DNA from: Octopus bimaculoides
Lineage: Eukaryota
Length of the DNA stretch: 64,000 nucleotides
Reading direction: 5' to 3'
NCBI RefSeq assembly: GCF_001194135.2
Contig: NC_068988.1
Location: 38,738,649-38,802,648, forward strand
Part shown: in pieces, positions 24,431-36,414 of the stretch
Layout of the letters: every line of letters starts with the position of its first letter
How positions within the stretch are numbered: the stretch's first letter is position 1
The notes under the pieces: model-generated
Seen by the model: only the letters and a program-made list of their open reading frames with translations
The model's database searches: none
Told to the model about the DNA's origin: nothing
Made by a program: the position numbers and the translations under genes

Positions 24431-25033
24431 GTTCTGACACTGAAACCCATTAGGATGTTACCACGTAACTTAACACTAAAACTGGATGATCCCATTATGT
24501 TGCTTAGGAAATTTGATCTATCTCACCTGTGTAATGGAACTCGCTTAATTGTTACTTCCATGAAGCCACATGTCCTACAGGCAACAATCATAACAGGTAG
24601 TCACAGAGGAGAAAATATCTTTATTCTAAAAATTCCTGTCATACCTTTTGAAATTAAGATGCTTCAGTTTCCGGTCAAACTAAGTTTTGGTAGTTCAATT
24701 AACAAATCCCAGTCAGGGTCAACCCTTCAAGGTAGTTGGACTTGATCTCTCTACTACATGCTTCTCCCATGGCCAACTCTATGTTGCTTACTCGTAACTT
24801 GGAAGCAGCAACAATTTATTCATTTTGATACCAACAAAAATTTACATAATGAATATTGTTTATTCAGCATTGATAGATTTTCAATTCAAAATTCTAGTAT
24901 CATTACAATTTGGATATTTTTTGATAAAATATAGATATTTTGAAATAATTATGAGAATATATTTTTATATTTATTGTTTACTAATCTGAATAAGAACAAC
25001 AGTAAGCCTGGCAACGCCGAGTAATTCAGCTAG
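24431..25033 (+). mobile_element. Helitron remnant: PIF1-like helicase C-terminus plus 3' terminus
   Basis: MLPRNLTLKLDDPIMLLRKFDLSHLCNGTRLIV ... [16 protein letters not shown], then (shift) [27 protein letters not shown]; 3' hairpin cctggcaacgccgag followed by CTAG|T at 25030-25034. Confidence 0.85.
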
Positions 25034-25594
25034 TCTAATATACTCTTTTCTTATTAAAAACTGTAGGGAGTTGAAGGGTATTTGGCTACTATTATTAGCA
25101 AGTTGATCAAACAAGAGTTGCCCTACAGGAGTTGTTGCTGTTTCAATCTGCATTAACCGAATCAGACCTTATATAACAGCAGAGCTATCTGTAGTCAATA
25201 GCATGTTCTGCGTTCAATAAGTGCCATACATTGTTATTACAGGAATAGAACATGGTTTTCTAATTAAACCAGGAAATTAGGCTATTTTGTACCAAATGTG
25301 GTTTATTTCTAGTATAGAACGTTATTTTAGCTGTTGCAGCTGCTGCTGCTGCTGCTGTTGCTGTTGTTGTTGTTGTTGCTGTTGTTCATATTGATGTTGC
25401 AGTTGCTATTGTTATTGGTGTTTCAGGTTTTGTTGTTGTTATTGTTTAGCCCCAGGTCAGCTGTGATCGAACAGGGTTGTGATCAAAAGCCTTCTGGATC
25501 TAATAAGATTGTCTTTTTCCAATGTACAAAGAACACAGGACCACATCATCTAATGTACCCTTTTCTTTTGTTTTTTGCCGGTGTTGCATAATCT

Positions 25595-25815
25595 GGCACC
25601 CATGCTGGTGGCACATAAAAAGCACCCACTACACTCTTGGAGTGGTTGGCATTAGGAAGGGCATCCAACCCATAGAAACCATGCTAAATCAGACTGGAGT
25701 CTGGTGCAGCATTCCAGCTTACCAGTTTTCAGTCAAACCATCCAACCTATGCCAGCTTGGAAAATGAACATTAAATGATAATGATGATGATGATGATGAT
25801 GACGGCGACGTTAAA
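25595..25815 (+). mobile_element. RTE tail (family D)
   Basis: ggtggcacataaaaagcacc ... ggcattaggaagggcatcc ... (gat)n. Confidence 0.8.
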
Positions 25816-26279
25816 TGGCTCATTGTAATTTGAGGAAAACTTGGTTACTTTTTCTAGCAGGTTGATCTCAGGTATTGTTGTTCTTAGTAATGATGACATT
25901 CATTTTGATGTCAGTTCTAGAAACATTTTAGGTTGGAGTGTCATCATCATCATTGTTGTTGTTGTTTTTGCTGTGGTTGTTGTTGTTGTTCCCGTGATGA
26001 CGACAACAATATATATTCAAGTTACAATAAATGTATATTACCCACTCCTTCAAAATTCACAACAGTATCAAGTCAATGAGTTGGTTTCCATGTGGTCACT
26101 CAACCTGCTAGAAATAGCATATATAGGATGACAATATCAATTGTACCCTTTTCAAAGGCACTAGGGTGTATTCTGAAGGAGTTTGACTGTTACAACATGT
26201 TGAGCAACCATGAAGATGCTCTATTCCAGGCATGTGCTCCTTTGCTGGAGGTGACACTAGTAGTACTCGTGTTGGTATT

Positions 26280-26590
26280 ATGTTAGGAGTTGCAGTTGTA
26301 CTTGCCTTTAATAATGATGATGATGATGATAATGATAGTTATGTAATTGTTGTTGGAGTTATAGATATTGGTGTTTGTGTTGGTATAGGAGGTTGTCAAC
26401 TGTTAAAGCAGCCATGATGGTTATGCTTGTGGTGGTGGTGGCAGTGCAGTGGTGGTGTTGGTGGTGGTAGTGGTGGCGTTGGCAGTGGTGGCTGTGGTAA
26501 TCATTGGCAGTGATAATGCTAGTGTTGACACTAGCTGTAGTCACGGTGGTGGTACTAACAACGACAGTCATGGTAGTGGTGATTATGTAG
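26280..26590. repeat. Degenerate GAT/GGT trinucleotide array
   Basis: Low complexity, directly visible. Confidence 0.8.
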
Positions 26591-26829
26591 TCGACCATTA
26601 ATTAAGTCTACAATGTGCCTGATTCAATTGTTAATGTAAAGAAACTTTGTCTGATTGATTCTCGCACAGCACATAAACACTGCATTGTATTGATGCAACA
26701 ATGTAAGATTAGACTGACATAGATCAATTGTTCAATAATATTGGTTCATTGATTGCTTGATTGGTGAGTGAATTAATTGATTTAATTAAAGTTCAGGCAT
26801 TTTACCCATGCTGGCATCTACAAAGGGTT

Positions 26830-27110
26830 TCTCAGTCAGAATGGAGGGCAGATCGTACAACGTTTGTGTATGAAGTGCAATGTTGCTTGGTTGGTGAAAG
26901 ACGGACATTGTGTGTGGAAGATGTGAGAAACCTGGCCAGGAATGAGATGAGCATACACCACTGGATATGTGAGGTTAGTGTGCCTAAACAACTGAACACA
27001 AATGAACTGAGATAAAAAGGTAAAAAAAATGGTTATAAGAGAAAGTAATTGTTGTGGGCAAAAGAGAAAACTGAACTGGTTTGGACACATGGTGGGTGAC
27101 AGAGGAAAGT
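26830..27110 (+). pseudogene. RTE-clade LINE fragment, old
   Basis: EDVRNLARNEMSIHHWICEVSVPKQLNTNELR*K and KRKLNWFGHM; same region as 13545 and 28374. Confidence 0.7.
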
Positions 27111-27174
27111 GTAAAATGATGATGATGACTGGTTGATTGCAGGAAGGCATGATTGCAGATGAATCATCATCTTT

Positions 27175-27330
27175 TAACCTTTTAGCATTTAAACTAGCCA
27201 TATCTGGCTCAAATATTCTTCCTGCTACATGTTTAAACTGGCCAGATTCAGCCTCTCACACTTATCCTATAATGTCATTCTAAAAAGAAACAATCACATC
27301 ATTGAAATCTTGAAACTTCAAGATAATGCA
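27175..27330. mobile_element. piggyBac-type MITE P1, truncated and joined to a family A second half
   Basis: ttaaccttttagcatttaaact start; breaks after caagataatgca; family A tail at 27335-27450. Confidence 0.7.
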
Positions 27331-27453
27331 TCAGGCTAAGAAGAAAAGCACTGGAGCCGATTCATTCGACCAAAAATTCAGGGTGGTGCTCCAGCATGAC
27401 TGCAGTCTAATGACTGAAACAAGTAAAAAGATAAAAAGAAAAAAATTATATAT

Positions 27454-28373
27454 NNNNNNNNNNNNNNNNNNNNNNNNNNNNNNNNNNNNNNNNNNNNNNN
27501 NNNNNNNNNNNNNNNNNNNNNNNNNNNNNNNNNNNNNNNNNNNNNNNNNNNNNNNNNNNNNNNNNNNNNNNNNNNNNNNNNNNNNNNNNNNNNNNNNNNN
27601 NNNNNNNNNNNNNNNNNNNNNNNNNNNNNNNNNNNNNNNNNNNNNNNNNNNNNNNNNNNNNNNNNNNNNNNNNNNNNNNNNNNNNNNNNNNNNNNNNNNN
27701 NNNNNNNNNNNNNNNNNNNNNNNNNNNNNNNNNNNNNNNNNNNNNNNNNNNNNNNNNNNNNNNNNNNNNNNNNNNNNNNNNNNNNNNNNNNNNNNNNNNN
27801 NNNNNNNNNNNNNNNNNNNNNNNNNNNNNNNNNNNNNNNNNNNNNNNNNNNNNNNNNNNNNNNNNNNNNNNNNNNNNNNNNNNNNNNNNNNNNNNNNNNN
27901 NNNNNNNNNNNNNNNNNNNNNNNNNNNNNNNNNNNNNNNNNNNNNNNNNNNNNNNNNNNNNNNNNNNNNNNNNNNNNNNNNNNNNNNNNNNNNNNNNNNN
28001 NNNNNNNNNNNNNNNNNNNNNNNNNNNNNNNNNNNNNNNNNNNNNNNNNNNNNNNNNNNNNNNNNNNNNNNNNNNNNNNNNNNNNNNNNNNNNNNNNNNN
28101 NNNNNNNNNNNNNNNNNNNNNNNNNNNNNNNNNNNNNNNNNNNNNNNNNNNNNNNNNNNNNNNNNNNNNNNNNNNNNNNNNNNNNNNNNNNNNNNNNNNN
28201 NNNNNNNNNNNNNNNNNNNNNNNNNNNNNNNNNNNNNNNNNNNNNNNNNNNNNNNNNNNNNNNNNNNNNNNNNNNNNNNNNNNNNNNNNNNNNNNNNNNN
28301 NNNNNNNNNNNNNNNNNNNNNNNNNNNNNNNNNNNNNNNNNNNNNNNNNNNNNNNNNNNNNNNNNNNNNNNNN
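27454..28373. other. Assembly gap
   Basis: N run, 920 nt. Confidence 1.
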
Positions 28374-28604
28374 AGCAGTTACAGCCCATGTTTCACTGCC
28401 ATGTAGCATGGTTGTTCGTACGCATGCGTCATACAGTCTGCCTTTTACTCTGAGTGAGAGTCCCTTTGTCGCCAGCAGGGGTAAGAGCTCTCTAAACTTT
28501 GCCCAGGCTATTCTTATTCTAGCAGCTACACTTTCAGCGCACCCACCCCCACTACTAACTTGGTCGCCCAGATAGCGGAAGCTATCGACTACCTCTAGTT
28601 TTTC

Positions 28605-28607
<3 letters not shown>
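28374..28607 (-). pseudogene. Young RTE-clade LINE fragment with an uninterrupted frame
   Basis: GEKLEVVDSFRYLGDQVSSGGGCAESVAARIRIAWAKFRELLPLLATKGLSLRVKGRLYDACVRTTMLHGSETWAVTA with no stops; CpGs retained; runs into the gap. Confidence 0.92.
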
Positions 28608-28639
<32 letters not shown>

Positions 28640-28643
<4 letters not shown>

Positions 28644-28770
28644 CAGACTTCTTTCTGTTTTTATCTACCAAATTCGCTGTCAAGGCTTTGGTCAAAGTGC
28701 AATGTAGTGAGACTGAACCTGAAATTTTATGGTTAGGAAGCAAGCTTCTTACCATACAGCCATGCCTGCA
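28640..28770 (-). mobile_element. SINE family A first half, internally deleted
   Basis: ttctttctgtttttatctaccaaatt ... agcttcttaccatacagccatgcctg. Confidence 0.7.
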
Positions 28771-29714
28771 CCTATACAGTTTCGTATTTAATAAAGTATT
28801 ATCAAGTATGAATTTACAACTGGTTGACTCAAAAGAAGAATCTCCACACCCTGGCACTGATAAAAATATAATATATATATTGATGTTGTGAGAATACTAT
28901 TGCAAGCTCTGTCAACCACTCATCCATGATAAGGAAATAATCTAGGAAACAGCTACCATGATAAGATTCGTCACCGAAAGAAAAATGAGTACGAAATGAA
29001 AGAGAAGTTTGGTCTCAACTGACAACCGAGATGGAACCTGTGATGTAAATATTCGAATCACTACATATTTACCAGCCAAACATCTAAACATACCTATCGC
29101 ATAAATATTGATTTCTTTCACAGATGTAAGACTTCCTGTTTGTAGTGAGATGGGTAAAGAAAGGGTAATGAGATTGTGTGACATGCATGGCTTTCCTGAC
29201 AGTATTACAAAGTAAATAAAGGAAGGAAATAACTGGAATCGTAAATCAAAACCAGGTCATGGAGTATTTATCAGGAGCCTATCTTTAGCTCCAGGATCCT
29301 TACTATAGCTCTCACGGAAATATTATGTTTGCTATTAGTCAGAGAATTAATTTTAAAAAATGTCAGATCCATTTTTATACAAGTTTCAGGTTCTTTCTTT
29401 CCTTCCTTCGTTTTCATCTTTCATTTCCTTCTTTTTTACGTGTCAGTTCCACTTCTCCAAATACAATTCCAGTAAAGGTCATTAGACTTGTATTCACTTA
29501 AAATAATGGTAAATTTACAATTTTGGATTTGGCAAAATGCTTTTCAAATCAATCGTTATTTCCTTGAATGATATACATAGACATACATATGTATATATAA
29601 ATATATATATATGCACACACACACACGCACACACACACACATACATACATATAGCTATACACACACACATACATACATATAGCTATACACACACACACAC
29701 ACATATACATACAC

Positions 29715-30035
29715 AGGCTGGGCACACCATTGATTACGAGTGTTCCAGTTGAATCGATCAATGGAACAGCCAGCTTGTGAAATTAACATGCAAGTGGCCA
29801 CACACTCCTCAAACACATGTAACCTTAGCGTAGTTCTCAAGGAGATTCAGCATGACACACCGAATGTGACACGGTGGTCCATTGTACTACAAGTACGACT
29901 CATTTTTGCCAGGTGAATGGAATGGAACAATGAGAAATAAAGTTTCTTGCTCAAGGATACAATGCATAACCGGGTATGAAACCCATGACTTTACAATCAA
30001 GAGCTGAATGCACTAACCACCAAGTTATATGCCTT
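29715..30035 (-). mobile_element. SINE family C (tail type 2)
   Basis: Reverse homologue of 19619-19866, with tRNA head. Confidence 0.8.
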
Positions 30036-30058
30036 CACTACATACATATATGCATACA

Positions 30059-30094
<36 letters not shown>

Positions 30095-30104
30095 TATATA
30101 TCTC

Positions 30105-30260
30105 ATCATTATTATCATTTAATCTCCATTGTCTGTGCTGGCACGGGTTGGATGGTTTGACCAGGGCTGGTAAGCTGAGAGGCTGCACCGGACTCCCGTC
30201 TGATTTGGCATGGTTTCTATGGCTGGATGCCCTTCCTAATGCCAACCACTTCAAGAGTGT
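30105..30260 (-). mobile_element. RTE tail (family D)
   Basis: catcattatcatttaat ... ggatgcccttcctaatgccaaccac. Confidence 0.8.
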
Positions 30261-30309
30261 ATAAATACATTTGGACATATAATATCTATATATACTACAT
30301 ACACACACA

Positions 30310-30434
30310 TATTGCATAGTTCCAGGTTCAGTTCCCTTGCGTGGCACTTTGGGCAAATGTCTTCTACTATAGCCTTAGGCCGACCAAATCCTTGTGAATG
30401 GATTTGGTAGACGGAAGCTGGAAGAAGCCCACCG

Positions 30435-30465
<31 letters not shown>

Positions 30466-30898
30466 TTGTGTGTCTGTGTTTGTTCCCCCACCATCGCTTA
30501 ACAACCGGTATTGGTGTGTTTGCATCCTCATAACTTAGTGGTTCAGCAAAAGAGACTGATAGTATAAGTACTGGGCTTACAAAGAATAAGTCCTGGGGTC
30601 AATTTGTTCAACTGAAGGTGGTGCTCCAGCAGGCCACAAACAAATGACTGAACAGCAGTGAGCTGGCAGAAATGTTAGCACACCGGGCGAAATGCTTAGT
30701 GGTATTTCACCTGTCTTTATGTTATGAGTTCAAATTCTGCTGTGGTCGACTTTGCCTGTCATCCTTTCAGGGTCAATAAATTAAGTACCAATTGTGTACT
30801 GGGGTCGATCTAATCGACTGTCCCCCTCCCCCAAAATTTTGGGCCTTGTGCCTAGAGTAGAAAAGACAAATGACTGAAACAAGTAAAAGAATAAAAGA

Positions 30899-30900
<2 letters not shown>
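30310..30900 (+). mobile_element. SINE family A interrupted by a family B SINE
   Basis: Family A resumes at 30866 after the nested insertion. Confidence 0.85.
30653..30865 (+). mobile_element. SINE family B, nested, young
   Basis: 13-bp TSD acaaatgactgaa (30640-30652 and 30866-30878); CpGs retained. Confidence 0.9.
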
Positions 30901-30936
<36 letters not shown>

Positions 30937-31344
30937 ATCAATAAAGCACAACACAGTAATTAAGATATAATATGTTTTTGCAGTAAATGAGAAGTGAGGT
31001 TCATTCTAAGTTTGCAGCAGGGTAGGTGGGAGAAGGATGAAATACCATTTCTCTTATTCATTAGCATGTTTTAGCCATCACAGCTCAGTTCATTAGAGGT
31101 AAAATTTATAATATCAAGATGAAAGTGAATGTTGAGAAAAACATGAATAAAGATCGGGGTTTATATCATTACCACTGGAAGTAAAACTGTTGAAAGCACC
31201 ATTGTAGCTTTTATTGCCATAGTCTGCAATCATGCAAGCATGTCTCTCATTTATTATATGAATCTCATCATGATTTTTAGCCTGAAGTAATGGTATTTAA
31301 CCCTTTTGCGATAATGATAATGTCAATGAATTACACTGCCTGTC

Positions 31345-31690
31345 ATCATCATCATCGTCGTCGTCAACATTTAGCATGAGTTGTCCATGCTGGCATGGGT
31401 TGGATGGTTTGACCAGGGCTGGTAAGCTGAGGGGCTACACCAGACCCTAGTCTGATTTGGCATGGTTTCTAAGGCTGGATGCCCTTCCTGGTGCCAGCCT
31501 CTCCAAGAGAGTACTGGGTGCTTTTACTTGGCACCAGCACTGGTGCAAATTTGCATGACACCAATATCTGCCATGACTACAATTTCACTTTGCTTGATGG
31601 GTCTTCTTTCTCAAGCACAGCATATTGCCAATGGTCTTGGTCATTTGTCATTGCTTCTGTAAGGCCCAGTGCTTGAAAGTTGCTTTTACG
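31345..31690 (-). mobile_element. RTE LINE 3' end (ORF end plus UTR)
   Basis: ALGLTEAMTNDQDHWQYAVLEK followed by the family D tail. Confidence 0.8.
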
Positions 31691-33569
31691 TGTCTCTGAC
31701 ACGGGTGCTAATTATGTGACACCAACATTTGTAAATTACTTTTGAAAATTAGCAAGATTTTGTTAAAGATTTAATAAAAGGATACTACTGAGATTTTCAT
31801 TGTTAATCTGGTATGTGCAACACATAAAATTATAATGAAAGATTTTAATTTACGCTATGGCTGTGTGCATACAAAGTTTGCTTTGAAGTTACATGGTAGG
31901 GTTTGATTACATTGTGTGGCATCTTAGTCATGTACTTTGGACTAATTAATAAATGCTGTGTGAGAAGAATTGATAGACAGTAACTGTATGGAAGCCTTGA
32001 TGTGTGTGTGTGTGGACTCTGCAAGCTTTCATGTTTAAGTGCAAATGGTATTTCATCATTCGACATATGAGGAAAAGTGGAATAAAAATACCTTGCTTGG
32101 GAAACGGGGGTTGATAACAGGAAGAGCATCTGGTCAAAGATAGACTGCCTCACTAAGTTTTATCTAGCCCATACCAGTGTGGAAAAATTAATGAGAAATG
32201 GCGACGGCAATGCTACTGCTGCTGCTTATGAACACTTTAATGTTAATGGTTTGTTTATTGTAACATCGGAGTGGTCTGGAATGGGTTGATATCAAGAGAA
32301 TTTGATATGTGACAATTTGTGTGTAACTAGAATATTCATCTCTCTTTATGTCTGTACTCTGAGGTATATTTACTTTGTACTAATACTGATGAAAGCGTTT
32401 GGCACTGTGAGATTAGTTTCAATGGTGGTGGTGGTTTTTCTCCATGTCTACAACACTGAGAAATGTTGGTTATTAGTTGGACCAGTGTATTGTTGCTTGT
32501 GTGAGAGTTAATAATATTAGTAGTACTTATATAGTAATTGCTTATTTATTAGTGTTGCTGTTGCCTAGCTCCTGTTAACCCTCATCAAACAAACCTATGC
32601 TCTAAAGCGTTCCAGTTTTGAGCATCCTGTCCATTTTTATAGACATATCTAGAATTACAATGTTTATTTTGAGTTTCTTTTTGTTTTTTAAAGCAGTAGG
32701 ATGGAACTTGATAGAGACTTCGCTGCTATTTCTAGCAGGCCAAGTAACCGTGTTGCAGTATTCTTATTGGCTTGATTTTGTTGTTAGCATTGTCTCGTTA
32801 CCATGTTGGATTATGCTATCCAAATGCATCCTTTCCTTTTTTAAGACAGCTGGGTGTAACTTGAAAGAGATTTTGGTTGCTATTTCCAGCAGGTTGAGTG
32901 ACCACTTAGAGGCATCCTTATTGTTGTGGCTGGTGATGGTGATGGTGATGGTTGTGGTGGTTATGCTAATACTATTGCTAATGTTACTGGTTTTGTCATG
33001 GTGATTGTCTTTATTGATGTTTGGGGTTGATAATGATGTTTTTACGATGATCTTCAAATTCCATTTTTTTTGTATCTATTTAATTTTTTTTTGTTATTTA
33101 TTTTATCTGAAATAATAACATGTCTACTCACTATAACTGTTTGCTGAGAATTCAGTATATATAATTTTATTTCTCTCTCTCTTTTTCAAACATCTCCCGC
33201 AAGTCCTCACATTCTGTCTGTCTGTCTTTCTCGTTATCTATATATCTACCTGTCTATTTATCTACCTGTCTACCTGTTTCTGTCTCTTCCTTCTTCCCTC
33301 ACCTACTCTCATCCGCTGCAATAAATTCATAGTATTGTTTTATGTGACAATATTTCATTGTTGTAAATACATGATGTTTACTAATGAGTCTTGATGTCCA
33401 AATCTTCCCAGAGTCAACTTTGCCTTTCGTCCTTTTGAGGGAGATCAAATAATGTACGTGTACCAGTCAAGTACTGGGGTTGATATATCAACTAAACCCT
33501 TCCCTCAAAAATTTCTGGATTTTTACTTTAATTAGAAATAGTAATTATTATTACTATTGCAAAAAAAAA

Positions 33570-34035
33570 GGCAGCAAGCTGGCAGAATCATTAGCACACT
33601 GGGTAAAATGTTTAGCAGTATTTCTACCATCCTTATGTTCTGAGTTCAAGTTCTGCTGAGGTTGTCTTTGTCTTTTATCCTTTTGGGATTGATAACTTAA
33701 GTACCAGTCGCATACTGAAGGGGTGGGGGAGTGTCGATGGGATCGACTTTCCCCCTCTCCCAAAATTTCAGCCGTTGTGTGTAGAGTAGAAAGGATTATT
33801 ATTATTGTAAAAAAGCAGTGATCTGGCAGAATTGTTAGCATGCCAAGCAAAGTGCTTAGTGACATTTCGTTTGTCTTTATGTTCTGAGTTCAAATTCTGC
33901 TGAGGTGAACTTCGCTTTTCATCCTTTCAGGGTCAATAAAATAAGTATCGGTTGTGCACTGGGGTCAATGTAATCAACTAATTCCTCTTCCCTGAAATTT
34001 CAGGCCTTGAGCCTATAATAGGAAGGATTATTACT
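33570..34035 (+). mobile_element. Two head-to-tail family B SINEs
   Basis: Copies at 33570-33806 and 33812-34035, each ending aggattatt. Confidence 0.85.
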
Positions 34036-34067
34036 ATTGTAAATATTATTTGGTAGACTTGTTAGAA

Positions 34068-34397
34068 CAGGAGTTCTCAACCATTTTTTTTATCAGTGGA
34101 CCACTTTGATTACTATTTTATTCTGGTAGACCCCTTAGCCATTCAGTGTTTAAAAACTAGTTTTGTAGAAACTTTTTTTCAAAATTCCTCTTCTTTATTT
34201 ACACATTAACTTGTGTAGGTTGAACCATATAAAATGTTAGAGAAAGAAGCCTAGCTGTTTCTTGCAAAATATACCAATGCATACCCTTAAAGCAGAATCT
34301 GTTCAAGGGCCCTTAAAATACTATTGTGGATCCCCAATTTACTATTTTGTTTTGTGAACCTCTAAAATCTTATATGGACCCTGGTTGCGAACCCCTA
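34068..34397. mobile_element. hAT MITE
   Basis: caggagttctcaacc ... ggttgcgaaccccta termini; perfect 8-bp TSD tgttagaa (34060-34067 and 34398-34405). Confidence 0.88.
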
Positions 34398-35444
34398 TGT
34401 TAGAATGTCAGACAAAATACTTTGTAGCATTTAGTTACAGTCCTTTATGATGTAAGATCAAATCTTGCTCAGCAACATTTGATTTTATTTGAATTTTATT
34501 CCTCTGGGAGCTCGATAAAATAAAGTACCAGTCTAGAATGGGGGTCAATTTGATTAACTATACTCCTCATTTGAAAATCTGTGGCTTTGTACTTACTGGG
34601 AGAATTTTTTATTATCTAAACTGTGTGTGAGACTGGTGTGATCTGAATGAATGGGCCAACTTTCAGTATGCACATCTGAACAGGAGAATACAACTGGGAG
34701 AGGGCACTTGCCTTTAGCAATAAGGATCATCCAATAATCTGTGGGGTTTGCAGATTGGCCACCGGCTGCTGTCTGGCTACAGGGATATTTCATTTCATTT
34801 CTGATATGTTCTTGTTTTTCAAACCCATTCTCTTGTACTAGATTCCATGTAAACCCTCACTGTTTTTGTGGTTGACTGTATTTCTGATCCTTTCAGAGTT
34901 GATAAAACAAGTATCAGTTGAGCACTGGGGTCGATGTAATCGACTAACCTCCTGTTGCAAAATTTTAGACCTTATGCCTATAGTAGAAAGAATTGGTACT
35001 GTTGTGTTGTTGCTGCCACCATTATCATCATGAAAACCACCATCATCATCAGCAGCAGCATGAGGAGCAGTAGTGGAACTCGTAGTATTAGAATTATGGA
35101 ATGATTCTTGTAGTAGCATTTTGTTTTATATTTGTACTACTTAGTTTTGAACAGATAGATTGATATCTAATGAGATAGAAATGTTCTTTTATTGTCAAGT
35201 CACATGTCAAAAACACATCTCCTTTTATAGATTGTTATATATATATCTCACCCCCTACAGAATTCTTCTTACTTCCTTACACATGAAATTACCATTTTCT
35301 CATTGCTTCTGCCATTATTAATTTTTTTTTCTTTCTTAGAAACCCTAAAAGCAATGGTGGTGGTAGTGGTGGTGGTGGTGTTGGTGGTGGTGCTGATGAT
35401 GATGATGATGGTGGTGGTGATTGTTGTTTCTAACATAGAAACAA

Positions 35445-35878
35445 AGCAAGAAATTTGGTGGGAAGTGGTTAGTTAATTCCATTGACTTCAATCCTTGACT
35501 TGAACTTTATTTTATCAATGCCAAAAAAGATGAAAGGCAAATTGATCCTTGGCTGGATTTGAAGTTAGAACATAAAGGGCTTAGAGAAATGTTATAAGGC
35601 ATTTGCTTCTGACACTAAACAATTCTGCCAATTCATTGACCGGATATCAATTCTTTCTAATATTGGGCAAAAAAAAAACATTCTGCAATTATGAAGGAAA
35701 TGGGAAGTTGATTACATCGATTTCAATCCCAGTGCCCAGCTAATATTCATTTTATTGATCCTGAAAGGATGAAAGGCAAACCCAGCCACATCAGCATTTG
35801 AACTCAGAACGTCAAGAGCTAGAAGAAATGCTGCAAAGTATTTTGTCTGGTGCTTTAACAATTCTGCCAGCTTACTGG
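35445..35878 (-). mobile_element. Two tandem family B SINEs
   Basis: Each has gatgaaaggcaaa and tttgaa[g/c]t[t/c]agaac in reverse orientation. Confidence 0.75.
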
Positions 35879-35879
35879 A

Positions 35880-36390
35880 TGACAGTGTATCGGGATGTTA
35901 ACTGAGTGTGTGACTTTGAAATAATAGGCAAGTGGTATGAACTTAAAACAGAGGCTGTGACCTAGAATAAGAATTATAGGATCTTATGGGACCTCCTCCC
36001 CTCCATAAAGACTGACTGTATTATTGAAGTAAGAAGCCCTGATATAATTATAGAAGACAAAATAAAGAAACAGTGTAAAATCATAGACTTTGCAATTTTC
36101 TGTAATAACACCAAAAAAAAAAACCAAAAAAAAAAACTGAGAAATATCCGGACCTGGCCAGAGAATAGAAGAAGCTGTTGAAGACTAAGACAGCTATTAT
36201 TCCTGTGGTAATTAATATACATGGCACAATACCCAAAATGTTATCTAAGAGACTGCAAGAGATTGGAATTCAGACCTGCGTTGTTGACCACAGAAAAATA
36301 CCATCCTATATTTTACAAGAATCCTAAGAAAGATTCTTGAGATTTGAGGAGGCTTGTTGTCATCAAACCTCAAGATAACATTCTTGCTAA
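35880..36390 (+). pseudogene. R4/Dong-like retrotransposon REL endonuclease C-terminus
   Basis: KWYELKTEAVT*NKNYRILWD, IKTDCIIEVRSPDIIIEDKIKKQCKIIDFAI, EKYPDLARE, IIPVVINIHGTIPK, TRILRKILEI*; PD..(D/E)xK-type layout. Confidence 0.8.
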
Positions 36391-36414
36391 TTGAATTGCA
36401 GAAGCAACAACAAC

